DNA of 64,000 bases from positions 37,076,001-37,140,000 of the forward strand of contig NC_043001.1 of the NCBI RefSeq assembly GCF_006345805.1, read 5' to 3'. Below the pieces are notes generated by a model that was given only the letters and a program-made list of their open reading frames with translations, was not told where the DNA came from and ran no database searches. The position numbers and the translations under genes are program-made. Below are positions 26,556-38,875 of the stretch, one piece after another. The stretch comes from Octopus sinensis. Taxonomy: Eukaryota. Every line of letters begins with the position of its first letter. Positions within the stretch are counted from its first letter, which is position 1.

Positions 26556-26792
26556 CTGTCTGAAAATAACATCTTGGTCGGTCAATTGTCGAAATTGCTT
26601 CGAAGAATCGGTTGAAAACGGTGCATTGCGTGAAAGCTGTTGTTTACAAATATTCCAAGGTCCCGGACAGGAAAGACGATATTTAGGTGCGTTTGAAAAC
26701 CTGCTGTGATATTGTTTGTGAAATAAATTTACTCTGGGGAATAAAACATTGCGGGAGAGCGAGAAACGTAGTATCAAAGAGCGAGAAATCAT
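26556..26792 (-). CDS. ETHE1: ETHE1 coding exon 1 (79 aa, presequence-like N-terminus ending ...QDVIFRQ)
   Basis: ATG at 26792 with A at -3. Arg/Ser-rich, with no acidic residue in the first 61 aa. Ends DVIFRQ (human ILLRQ) at a phase-0 donor CAG|GTCAGT and joins exon 2 in frame. Confidence 0.8.
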
Positions 26793-29459
26793 AGTGGCAT
26801 GTAAATTACAGTAGTCGAGTAAATGGAGAACCTTCAAAGAATTCCAGTAAGCTTATTATGGATGTTCATTGGTGAGTCAAATATATAAATTAATCAAGCA
26901 GTTAGCAAGGTTTTCGTAAAATGATAATACATCTGATCATAAAAAATATTTCAGTATAATTAGAGCAACACTTTTGTTTGCATACACGTATATGTTTACT
27001 GTCACTTATCAAAATTCAGAAACCGTATATAATAAAATATAAATGCAGTTGAGTTTATATGTATATAAAAAAGTCACGCTAAAAAAATAATCGAATCTGC
27101 CGAAGTGAATTCCACTCTGTGGGCGTTTATATTTATACCTCGCTGCCTCCTCACTTTTACGCATTTGTCTTGTTTGCGGACAAAAGGGCAGACGATTCAG
27201 TCGACTCTTAAAATATTTGAACGATTGAGTCATGACGCATCCTGTCTAGATCAGCCGGTTTAGTTAACATTTGAATAGAATTATTTTCAAGAAGCAGGTG
27301 GGGGTGAGGAAAGGGTGGTGCTGGTGGTCAGCATAAGTACAAGGCTTTAGATATGGGGAATGATAAGGGGGGAAGGGAGTATGGTCCAGTGTAAGGGCAC
27401 CAGTCCTGCTGAGAAAGGGTGAAAGATGAAATTAGTCTTTAACTCCGATCATAATAGCCGTACAATAAATAATGTAATATATATATATTTTTTTTAATGT
27501 TTTCATGGTGTTCAAACGATTCGGTCGATCACCTTCTCTGAAGGAATGTCAGAGAAAAATATAATTTCATGTAAATTTATTGAAACATAGACGAGCATCC
27601 GTAGTAAATGCCTAGCTACAGCAGTAAAGATAACGTGCACATAGAAGATGTGGGAGCTTTTTTGTGGTCACATAAATTGCTAAAAATAACAGCCAAATTT
27701 CTAATAAACCACACCCTATAGTATTAAATAAAGGACACATAAGCCTGGGTGGTCACGGATGATCACGGTTGGAGTGTTTCATTATAGGCCTGCTCGTTCA
27801 GGTTTGACTTGTGTCAAACCAATATCAGATTCCAATATCAGATTATCCAGAAAGAGAATAATAATAATAATAATAATGAAATTATTGTATACAGTGCTCA
27901 GGTGCAGCACAACTTGTCAGAAAGTGCATATAAAGTACATGCAGTAATGTAGAACATAACAGATTTTATAAACAAGTACAGTGCAAGGTGTAATGAATGA
28001 AATTATTTCAAAATACTTCCATAAACGTTATAAACACCACATCATATATCTTTTGGAAAACATCCATTTTTATTTCGTTCACCCTCAATGTCTCACCTTT
28101 ACCTCTTGTTTTCTCAAATGGCTCGATCAACCACACGCACAGTAAATTGGCAAGTTTTTGACAGGTAGAGCTCGCGACACGATTCGAAACCCATCATAAC
28201 ACTTTACATACACTTTAAAGCGGTGGTTCTTAATCTAGGTGGTCTCTTGGCGACGCTGTGAACTCACAATGGGTGGTGGATGTTTCGAGGGATAATAGTT
28301 TTTCTTTTAAAATATTTAAAATATTTAAACCAGGAAGAATAACTGAAACGTCTTTTCAAAATGTTTTGTCTGGATTGAAATATAAGACTTTATTTTATGA
28401 GTGAGCAGGAGCATAACTGAGGGTACATCAATAATCCAATGGAATTTCATTATTGTGAGTCCATTAGCAATTACTCTTTTACTTGTTTCAGTCATTTGAC
28501 TGCGGCCATGCTGGAGCACCGCCTTTAGTCGAGCAAATCGACCCCAGGACTTATTCTTTGGAAGTCTAGTACTTATTCTCTCGGTCTTTTTTTGCCGAAC
28601 CGCTAAGTTACGGGGACGTAAACACACCAGCATCGGTTGTCAAGCGATGTGGGTGGGGGACAAACATAGACACACAAACACATATATATACACATATATA
28701 CGACGAGCCTCTTTCAGTTTCCGTCTACCAAATTCACTCACAAGGCTTTGGTCGGCCCGAGGTTCCACGCAGTGGGACTGAACTCGGAACTATGTGGTTG
28801 GTAAATAAGCTACTTACCACACAGCCACTCCAACGCCTATTACCGTAAAAAAAATAATAACAAAGGGAGCACTAACCTAAATAAATATATAAAAGGAGCA
28901 TATGCTACATGTAATAGTATCAGAAAATGTGGAAAATAAACCCCTGAACAAAATTCGCTTCTATTTGATTGAATTTTTTTATTTTTATTTTTTGCTAAGC
29001 ATGTGAAAAAACGAATGGGGAATCCAGCGGCAAATGACTTTTTTCTCATACTCGTTTACAATCAAACTGTTGAATGATGGTGATAACGACGAAGAGGAAA
29101 CAGTATCCGTGACCTTAGTATTACACTTACGGTCGATTTTCAGGGTGAACGTTCGTTGATTTATGCTTTTAGGGCAAAAAATGAAAAACGTGGATAGGAG
29201 GCCAATGTTGCAACTGTAGAGAGCAATGGTTGAGACATAGGTATATCGGGTGTGCCCAAAACAAAGAGATGGTCTCAACTATCAGGCAGCCGTCTCTTAT
29301 ATCTCAATCAATTTGATAACCATCATACTTATTATTCATCGACTGTCATGGCGCCAAAAACAGTATTCTCGCAGAAAAGCTTCCACGTTTGTTACTCGTT
29401 TCGCATCCCTCTCTTTGTTGCACACACTCAGCAAAGCACATGAAAAACTTTATTTCGCT

Positions 29460-30110
29460 CCACCAATCTTTCTACCACCTACATCTACGGTCAAACAAAC
29501 ATGGCCGCCAGCCCAAACTGTGCCCTTTCCATGATCTTTCAACGATGCGTTCCCGAGATATCCTCTACTCTCACGAGATTTCTTCAGTCTTTCTCTATTT
29601 CTACATTGATATATCCTGTCTTTGGAAACATGCAAAGTGCGTATGAGCTATTTAGAAGAAGGGCGACCTCTCTGACACGACTAACTTACCGCCCACACTT
29701 TCGATGAAAACAGCAGATAACAGCCACATTCTCCAACTCATGAGTTCTCCTTCATCAGTGACCATCAATAAAGCTTCCGTAGATCCAAACCTACCAGTGG
29801 CGGCTCGTGTATAGGCATTGCGAATCGATATTATCGATAACATTCAATATAATGAGTCCGTTTTTCTTTAATTCTTCCTTTATACTTGTACATTGTATAA
29901 TCCTTAAGCTTAATGTCAGTACCCATCCCCTAGTTTATGAAAAAAATACAAAAATCCTTGTAGAGAACTGTGCGTTTCACAGTTCCAGCGACGCGGTGTT
30001 TGGCTGTTGTACGCATGCGCACATGTTCGAGATAGGAAGCTTCACGCTAAGGAGAGAGAGCACTGCGTGAACGACAGTATCGACCCCGGTGTTCCGGTGA
30101 AAGGAAGTGT
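29460..30110. promoter_or_regulatory. CpG-retaining promoter-like region
   Basis: CCAAT at 29463, YY1-like AACATGGCCGCC at 29498-29509, NRF1-like ACGCATGCGCA at 30011-30021, ETS-like GGAAGTG near 30103. Few repeats. Confidence 0.45.
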
Positions 30111-31677
30111 TTCTTTTTGATTCCTTGTGTGTTGTGCTTAAAAACGTGTTTATATTCTTGAATGTGATAAAGTGTAGAATTAGATTATTACCCTGTTCCC
30201 AGCTTCAGTGTTGCTACCAAGATTTGAAAAATAGGGCACATTTCCCTCCCTAATTTTGTGATTTAGGGGGGATTTTTGAAAAACAAGGGAAGATTTGCGG
30301 CGCTGTTCAGTGCGCAAATTAAACAGACTATCCGGCAGTGGCTAAAGCGCGAACCGATCAAGTTTATGTATAAATTTTCTTTTTATATGTTTGTTTCCTT
30401 TTACACAATATTAAAACAACGGCTAAACATTTTCTGAAGCAGCATCCCCGACTCATTCTATCTACGAGCCGCCACTTAAATGTGTATAAGACTGACTCTT
30501 CCTTACTAATCACTAACGCCCATCTTTGGAAATATGCAATATGCGTATGAGCTATTTACAAGAAGGGCGATTTCTCTGAAACTACTAACTGAATGCCCAC
30601 ACTTTCAACACATCAAAGTTGATGAAAACAGCAGATAACAGCCTCATTCTCCAACTCACGAGTTTTCCTTCATCAGTGACCGGCAATAAAGCTTCCGTAG
30701 ATCCTAACCTACATAAGACTGACTTTTCCTTACAAGTCTTTCACCTTTGAGAAGTGTCGTTAAGGCGGTGAGCTGGCAGAATCTTTAGCACGTCGGATAA
30801 AATGCTTAGCGACATTTCTTTCGGTTGTTTACGTCCTACATTTAAATTCCGCCGAAGGTGACTTTGCCTTTTATCCTTTTGGGTTCGACAAAATAAGATC
30901 AGTTGAGCACTCCTGTCAAAATTTCTGGTACTATTATTGGTAATAACAATGACCTTGACTGTGTATGGCACGATAACTCTTTACTAAGCTATGGGTTTCA
31001 TCTATCTCTCCTTTCTAAATTGGAAGTTTTCGATCAGTTTGCACATCTCTCTCTCTCTTCATATATATTTTCATTCTTCTTTTCTTCCTTCGCCGTCTCC
31101 TTTCTCTGTTGCTACTGCTTAAATCACCAAACTTCAGAACCAACCTTTCCTTGCACCCATAAGCACTATTTTTTTCAGATCTGCTACTATCTACCGAGCC
31201 TTCACAAAAGAGAATACAAGAGACAGAAGAAAGGAAATTGTCCTACCTATTTGAAGACAATAGAAATATTTGCAAAATATTTTATTTAATTTTTTCTTCG
31301 ATTTAATTGCTTTTCTTGTTTTACTCTTAGCTGAAAAAGTCGAAAAGACTGAAACCGGTACAATATGTATTTAACGATAAAATTATTTTAGCATTTTCTA
31401 CCTTGTCTTATTTCCCTTATAGCATATTAACTCGTGTGTTACTTTTCAACCTTCAATACGCGCGTGCACACACACACACACACACACACATACACACACA
31501 CACACACATATATAGTCGCAGGCGTGGCTGTGTGGTAAGAAAATTGGTTCCCAACCTCATAGTTCCGGGTTCAGTCCCACTGCGTGGCATCTTGGGCAAG
31601 TGTCTTCTACTATAGCCTCGGGCTGACCAAAGCCTTGTGAGTGGATTTGGTGGATGGAAACTGAAAGCAGCCTGCCG

Positions 31678-31742
<65 letters not shown>

Positions 31743-32423
31743 AAGGTTGTGTGTGTGTGTGTGTGTTCCTTATGCATTCCAAAACCGAATTGCCGATTTT
31801 CGCGTTAGGGCTATCAACTAAACTGTATTTTCATTCATATATTTGAATTACAAAAATTTAGCATTATCATTTTTCTTTCAGTCACCTATCGATATTTTAT
31901 ATCACCACCATAATGACAAAGACGTCACATTTTCTATATGCGCGTGTTCGTACGTTCGTTACCTACGCTAGACCGATGACTGATAAGTATGTGTGTCACG
32001 GTGTATGTGTCTGTCAGTATACATACATTTTTGTGTCGACTGACACACACACATACACACGCATCTAAAGGCAGAGACAGACATACACAAGGACATAGGT
32101 GTGCGTTAATGTACGTGTATCTCTTAGTTTATGTATGCAATTTTCCTCCCCCTGCGACAGTGAAACGCGCGGATATTGAAAGTTTACTTGCGGCTTGGAC
32201 TTCAAACAACAACGTTCACTTTCAAGTAATACCAGCATGAAGATTTGACTCATTTAACACCGTTCACAATACTCGCAAATATATCTGAAAATAAAAATAT
32301 TATCCTGGTATAACAAACTCGGAAACTTGGCAAAGTAGAAAGCTTCAGGGGCTCTTTCAATATAATCACAGACCTGTTATTCAACTCTTAACTAGTTTCA
32401 TGATAATGTTTCTTTTTTAACAG

Positions 32424-32900
32424 GGATCTTTTCCTTTTGAACGGCAGTTTTCAACACAATTTCTAGTTAACTAAACACTTTTAAACTTTGTATACTTGTA
32501 GAATGTGTTTATAAAACATCATTTTTTCTTGGCTTTATTGAGAAAATTCTATATGTTGTAACATATTTCGACTTTAATTTCGAGCATTTCGGCAGTTTTA
32601 AACAATCGCTGACCTCCATTGACGTAAACAACATTCCGTGCTGTATGAATATGTCACTCGTTTAAGAAACATATTGGGTTTATTTACATTTGCAAAGAAA
32701 AAAAGATACCCTTCCCCCAACTCTAACCCTAACCATAACTCTAAACCTAACCCTAAAATAGATTGAAATGCAATAGATCGATACTAGGGTTATAATTATG
32801 GGTGACAATTTCATTTGACACCGCTAGAAAAAAATCCCATTTTCCGTTGTGGTGTCGTATGAAATTGTCACCCATAATTATAACCCTAGTATCGATCTAT
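32424..32900. mobile_element. GGATC MITE, copy 3, right TIR lost and replaced by an inverted copy of its own subterminal ~50 nt
   Basis: Homologous to the other copies. 32852-32900 is the reverse complement of ~32773-32822. Confidence 0.8.
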
Positions 32901-32939
32901 ATATCAGCTGTGCCGATTCTGCCCATAAGAAAGGACCAA

Positions 32940-32997
32940 ATAATACAATGTGCTTCTAGTTCATAAGACCCGGGCAACGCCGGGAGACATTGCTAGT
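32940..32997 (+). mobile_element. Helitron-type 3' terminus
   Basis: GC hairpin CCCGGGCAACGCCGGG (32969-32984) followed 8 nt later by CTAG|T. Confidence 0.65.
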
Positions 32998-33168
32998 ATG
33001 TATATATATATACGGGTGTGTGTGATTGTGTATAGAAGAATATATTAATAAAAGGAATTCCAACCTTGTCTGATTTTCACGTTTTATTTACAATCTTATA
33101 ATGATATAATATAAGATAATATGATATAATAAAATAAAATAATAGAATGTTAAATGTTCATTCTGATT

Positions 33169-33213
33169 TGAACTAGTACTTTCATGCATTAAATTATGCA
33201 ATCTTCAGGTTCA
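33169..33213 (-). ncRNA. Minimal type I hammerhead ribozyme motif (inverted twin)
   Basis: Exact reverse complement of 33290-33334. Confidence 0.8.
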
Positions 33214-33289
33214 TGTAGTAGTGGTGACAGTCATGCTTCACATTTTTGACAGTCAAAAATTGTGAAGCATGATTGTCACCACTACTACA

Positions 33290-33334
33290 TGAACCTGAAG
33301 ATTGCATAATTTAATGCATGAAAGTACTAGTTCA
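33290..33334 (+). ncRNA. Minimal type I hammerhead ribozyme motif
   Basis: TGAAC-CTGAAGA-T TGCAT aattta ATGCA T-GAAA-GTAC-TA-GTTCA. Stem I TGAAC/GTTCA, intact core, 5-bp stem II with a U.U first pair, palindromic GTAC stem III. Predicted cleavage after 33329. Confidence 0.8.
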
Positions 33335-33482
33335 AATCAGAATGAACATTTAACATTCTATTATTTTATTTTATTTTATTATATTATATTATATTATATT
33401 ATATTATATCATTATAAGATTGTAAATAAAACGTGAAAATCAGACAAAGTTGGAATTCCTTTTATTAATATATATGTATGTG

Positions 33483-33602
<120 letters not shown>

Positions 33603-33639
33603 GTAGTATGTATGTATGTATGTATGTATGTATGTATGT

Positions 33640-34145
33640 ATAAGAAAGTAATGAGGGATGTCAGGAAGGGCATCGCTGTTACACTTCCAGATGGGAAGGG
33701 TCTTCCTATGATACTGACATGCAGTGTCTGTGTTAGACCCTGCCTCAGTAAAGCTGGACTCAAGAGCCATGTTCGTAGTCATAAAGCGAGTCAGATGAGT
33801 GACAATCTGGCCACTGGTGGTGGTGTTACACACCATACTAATAATATATGTCAGGCATGTGGAAGAGAGTGTAATTCGACAGGAGGACTTAAACGACATG
33901 CAAAGGTACATGAAGCCCAGTTACAACTACAGCCGGTTATTACCGGTAAAGGTTTTAGCTGCCAATTCTGTACAAGACATTGTAGATCTTTGGCTGGGCT
34001 AAAAAGTCACATTCGATCACAGTACCAGTAACAGTTAAGCTTCGTGCAATGGCCATACTCGATAACGAGGGGGCAGCCATCATGTATGTATGTATGTATG
34101 TATGTATGTATGTATGTATGTATGTATGTATGTATGTATGTATGT
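33640..34145 (+). mobile_element. 5'-truncated LINE 3' end (RTE-like) encoding three tandem C2H2 fingers, with (ATGT)n tail
   Basis: CSVC-x12-HVRSH, CQAC-x12-HAKVH and CQFC-x12-HIRSQ, stop at 34031, short 3' UTR, then (ATGT)n. Also preceded by (TATG)n. Confidence 0.7.
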
Positions 34146-36203
34146 CTTTGTGTGTCTGTGTTTGTCTCCCCCGCCATCACTTGACAACCGATGTTGGTGT
34201 GTGTACGGCCCTATAACTTAGTGGTTCGGCAAAAGAGACCGATAGAATAAGTACTAGGCTTACAAAGAATAATTTCTGGGTCGATTAACTCGACTAAATA
34301 CAGGAGAATCGGTTAATTACGATTTTATTCAACATATTCCCCTCTCAGATTCACACACATACTGCAGCGGTCCTTCAGTTTTTCTAAAAGAACTGGGAAG
34401 GTTGGACCTCCAACCATGCCTTTTACGAGATTCTTAAAGCCAGAAACTTTTCAGCACCCCCTCGAATATATATATATATATATATATATGTAAAAGTAAA
34501 AAAAATATACAAACTGGGACAAGAACGTGAAACATTTAGAAGACGACACAAAAAACACGGACGGGACATTCGAAGCCCTCAATCATCAGTCAAGAACCGG
34601 ATCATCTTCGCAATTTCGGCTGATTAATCTTGAGATTGCTCCGATCTGGGCAGCCCCCAAGGGAAATCTAAGCCAAGCGCATTAGATTCCTTGGAAGAAA
34701 GCCTCGAATGTATACAACACAGGGAAGGAAAAAGGACGATGTTACACGAATAAAAATACAAAAATACGTAAAAACAATAATGATAGCACGAATAAGAATA
34801 TATATATATATAAATGGCGGTGCCCCAGCATGGCCACAGCTCATGAGCTGAAACTAGAATCAATCAATCTATATATACCACAATGATATTTGTGTTAGTC
34901 GAACCCTTGTACTAGCTAGTAAAGTTACACTCTCGATATTATTGAGAGCAAAGTTAGAAGTATGTTCCAACATGCTACAAACACCTGAATACATACATAT
35001 ATAGTCTGTTTACCCTTCTATTGAAATTTCAGCGATAAATTTTATAACGCCAAGTTTATACCCGGAAGTTAAAAACAAAAGCAAAAGCAAAAGAAAAAGT
35101 AGAAGTCTCCATAAAAACCAAATAATACTGGTATATAATCTCTTTAAAATTTCTCCTGTTAATGCTTTATGTGTCACAGACAACTTGTATTTTTCAAATC
35201 ATATTGACTTTAAAATATTTCTAAATGATAAAAATGTTGTGTTTAACATAAGCGAAAATATAAACATTTATTGTAAAAACAACTCGTATTTTTTCGTTGG
35301 CAAGTTAAAGTCACTAAGACCTTTGTCCAGGTCGTAAAGTTTGTCTTCAAAATACAGAAGACATTGATCATAATGTCTCTCGCTAATCAAAAGGTTAGAG
35401 TAACCCTTTCAGGATTATGTTACTTTCGGAGTATTTTCCCATAATGCACCGTTTTGGGTATTTATGAAGGTATACCACACCCCATCAAAATCGAATCTTG
35501 GGAATCCGTTGTCCGATTTACGTGAAAGTTGTTTTATTCCGTTTGTATTCACATTTCAGGGGTATCTTAATTCAGAGTATTTTCCCATTATGCACCGGTT
35601 TGGTTGTATTAAATAACAGACAAGCACGCAAGCAAGCGAGTAGCGAGTCTTAATAGAATATAGATTGAAATGGCCCTTTATTTATCGTTACAATATACGA
35701 GCACTTCTTCAAATTATTGTTATACAATGATAATTTGCCGTTCTGTTATCCAGCTGTATGTAATTAAATTCATGTTTTGTTGACTGCTAGAAGACTGGGG
35801 AGAAAAAGAGAGAGAGTTAGGGAGAGAGTGAAAGAGTTAGAGAGAGTCTACCTCTGGGTTAGAGAGGGCGAAAGTTATACTGTCACGCACAGACAGGGCA
35901 TACATGAAGTGAGAGACAGGCAGATGTGCTCTTCTAGCGAGGGGCCAAATGGAAGAGGTAGAACTAAATTCGGGCACTGTATTTATATTTGTTTCAAAGC
36001 CGGATTTAGGTCGGAGAACAATGAGAAGTAATGTGTTTGTCTCTCTTGAACTGTATTTAACCTAAGAATGTAGGAAAAGTGTGGAAGCTGACTCCCATAA
36101 TTTCTGAGTGCAAAAGCCAAGAAGAAGCGAAAGGAACCGGCAGAAAAATCTTGATTCGGTTTCGAATCTTGATAAAGAATCTAGGAAGCTATTCGTTACG
36201 TGC

Positions 36204-36257
<54 letters not shown>

Positions 36258-38689
36258 GTATGTGTGTGTGTGTGCGTGTGTGTGTGTGTGTGCGTGTCAC
36301 TCTCATCCACCTTTCAACATTCCTTTTCCTTTTCAAATGAAACTCGGACAAGTTGACGAGCACTTGGTCAAAGAAGAAGATGCCTGTCATCGACCTTTTC
36401 AGTCTTGCCCACCACACAGACAGTTTCGCTAAAGCCCCTAGACATGAAAACTACCTATCATTCCCGGTTGAAAAGAAGGCGGTGGAATAATCTTCCTAAT
36501 AGACTCAGTTGATAACCGAATCCGCCCAAAAGGTAACAGGTATTGGACATGCTAGAGATTTAGACGAGTGAATGAATAACAGTTTCATTTCTCTGTGTGC
36601 ATACCGAGTTGAGGGCACTTTCATGCCTGTAGAGTTTATCTCGAGACGACGATGCATCCATCTTCCCGTAACACGGCCAAATTAGGGATTTCTGGAAATT
36701 ATCCATACGCTCTGATCCGAATGCCCTTCGGGACAGACTATCTAGTTAATTTTTATCAACGTCCAACCGAGAAGGTGGTCACTCTTGACTGCCATTAACC
36801 CGTAGAAAATCCATGGAAAGCCAGAGCGGAACTTTTACCGACTACATTATTGGCAGACAGCTGTGAGCGACTGATGAACTTTAGGTGCCTGGTATTCTGT
36901 TTCTATCTTCCTTTTTTCCAGGACTGCGGCTCTGTCAAGGAAATAAGCTGCAAAAAATTAAGTCTGACGAAAGATAACCATACGTGAATATGTTAAATAT
37001 TACTGTACATAACTATATTACATACAACGCTACTTTGTTCACTTTTAATTGGCTTATTCTAGTTTGACAAAACTTTTCGTAAATCAGCAAATATACTCTT
37101 TGCTATTCTAATGTAAGAGCAACCAGTTATACAGCGGACAAAATTCTTAGCAGTATTTCGTCTGCCGCTACGTTCTGAGTTCAAATTGCGCCGAGGTCGA
37201 CTTTGCCTTTTATTCTTTCGGGGTCTATTAAATAAGTACCAGTTACGCACTGGGGTCGATATAATCAAATTAATCCGTCTGTCTGTCCTTGTTTGTCTCC
37301 TCTGTGTTTAGCCCCTTGTGGGTAGTAAAGAAATAGGTATTTCTTCCGTCTTTACGTTCTGAGGTTGACTTTACTCTTCATCCGTTCAGGATTGATAAAA
37401 TAAGTATCAATTGATCAGTGGGGGGTCGATGTAATCGACTTATCACCTTCCTCGAAATTACTGGCCTTGTGCGACTTGTAGATCTTTAAATAAGAGCGAC
37501 CAGTAGATCTTTATAAAATCCTTCCAACCACTTGAAGTATTAAAAATTTTCGCCAGATTTTTTCCTCCGGCTTTCTTCACTGGTGTACATTTGCATACTG
37601 ACGACAAAAATTCCATTCATTTTCCCTCGAGTCATTTTAACCTGCATTGTCAACATATCTGATATCGCAACTGTTTGTCTCCATGGGGGCACGACAGTAA
37701 GATAAGACATAAAAAGTCGGTCTCACGACCTGCGAGAGAGGGCAACTAAACCTATCATAAAATACACCGTAACGTTTAAAACCGAAAAGAACGAACTATT
37801 GTGTCTCAGTATTTCTGCACTTGAAACAGGCCCCAGAGCTTTCCACTTGTTGAGTGTTAATTAAAATTAAATTAAAGTTGTTCTCCACGGATATATCTTT
37901 TATCGAACTCATAACCATTAAGACACACGCAGGGGAGCTCAGACCGATACTTAATGTACTTTCCCTTTTCTTCTCTCAAGAGACCACAAATCCTTGTGAG
38001 TGGATTTGGTAGACGGAAACTGAAAGAAGCCCGTCGTATATATGTATATATATATATATGCGTGTGTGTGTTTGTGTGTCTGTGTTTGTCCCCCTAGCAT
38101 CGCTTGACAACCGATGCTGGTGTGTTTACGTCCCCGTAACTAACTTAGCGGTTTGGCAAAAGAGACCGATAGAATAAGTACTAGGCTTACAAGGAATAAG
38201 TCCTGGGGTCGTTTTGCTCGACTAAAGGCGGTGCTCCAGCATGGCCACAGTCAAATGACTGAAGCAAGTAAAAGAGTATAAGAGTAGTGGAATAGCAACG
38301 TTTGAGAGAGTATAGTTTCTTGACCTCACGTCACCACTACTGGTTGATCGACGATCCCGCTGACACACCTAACTGCTGATTCAAAAGATTTCGTTTTCTC
38401 TTTTTGTCTACTTATTTCGTTGTGCCTATTCACTCCGCACTTTCATACGCATAGGTAGTTCCAAATTTTGTCATATATTTGCATGAAATCTTTGTAACGT
38501 TTTTTTGTTTTTCTTTTCTTTTCTTTATACAAGAAAGCATAAACGAAGCAGATATAACAAAACAGCAACATATATATATATTTCCCATTCATTTGTATAA
38601 ATTTGGTTTTCGATTATAAATAGTTCAACGATGCTTACTGCTGGTCAATAACCTGTACAGTGGAGTACGTTGATACAGAAGGCATAACA

Positions 38690-38869
<180 letters not shown>

Positions 38870-38875
<6 letters not shown>

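Larger units (their letters stand above)
33040..33473. repeat. Near-perfect ~430 bp palindrome (two ~215 bp arms, 1-nt spacer at 33251)
   Basis: The arms differ by about 2 substitutions, a 1-nt indel and the length of an (ATATT)n tract. Centre is TTTTTGAC-A-GTCAAAAA. Confidence 0.95.

Noticed and set aside
26403-26837. 144-aa ORF as the full ETHE1 first exon
   Set aside because: It starts at a TTG and runs past the donor at 26556; the supported CDS is 26792-26556.
29735-29765. CTGATGAAGG in the duplicated segment as a hammerhead or C/D snoRNA box
   Set aside because: No stem II/GAAA arrangement, and no terminal stem with a properly placed D box.
34555-34610. CTGATGA...TTCGAA on the minus strand as a hammerhead
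   Set aside because: GAAT instead of GAAA, with no stem I or stem III pairing.
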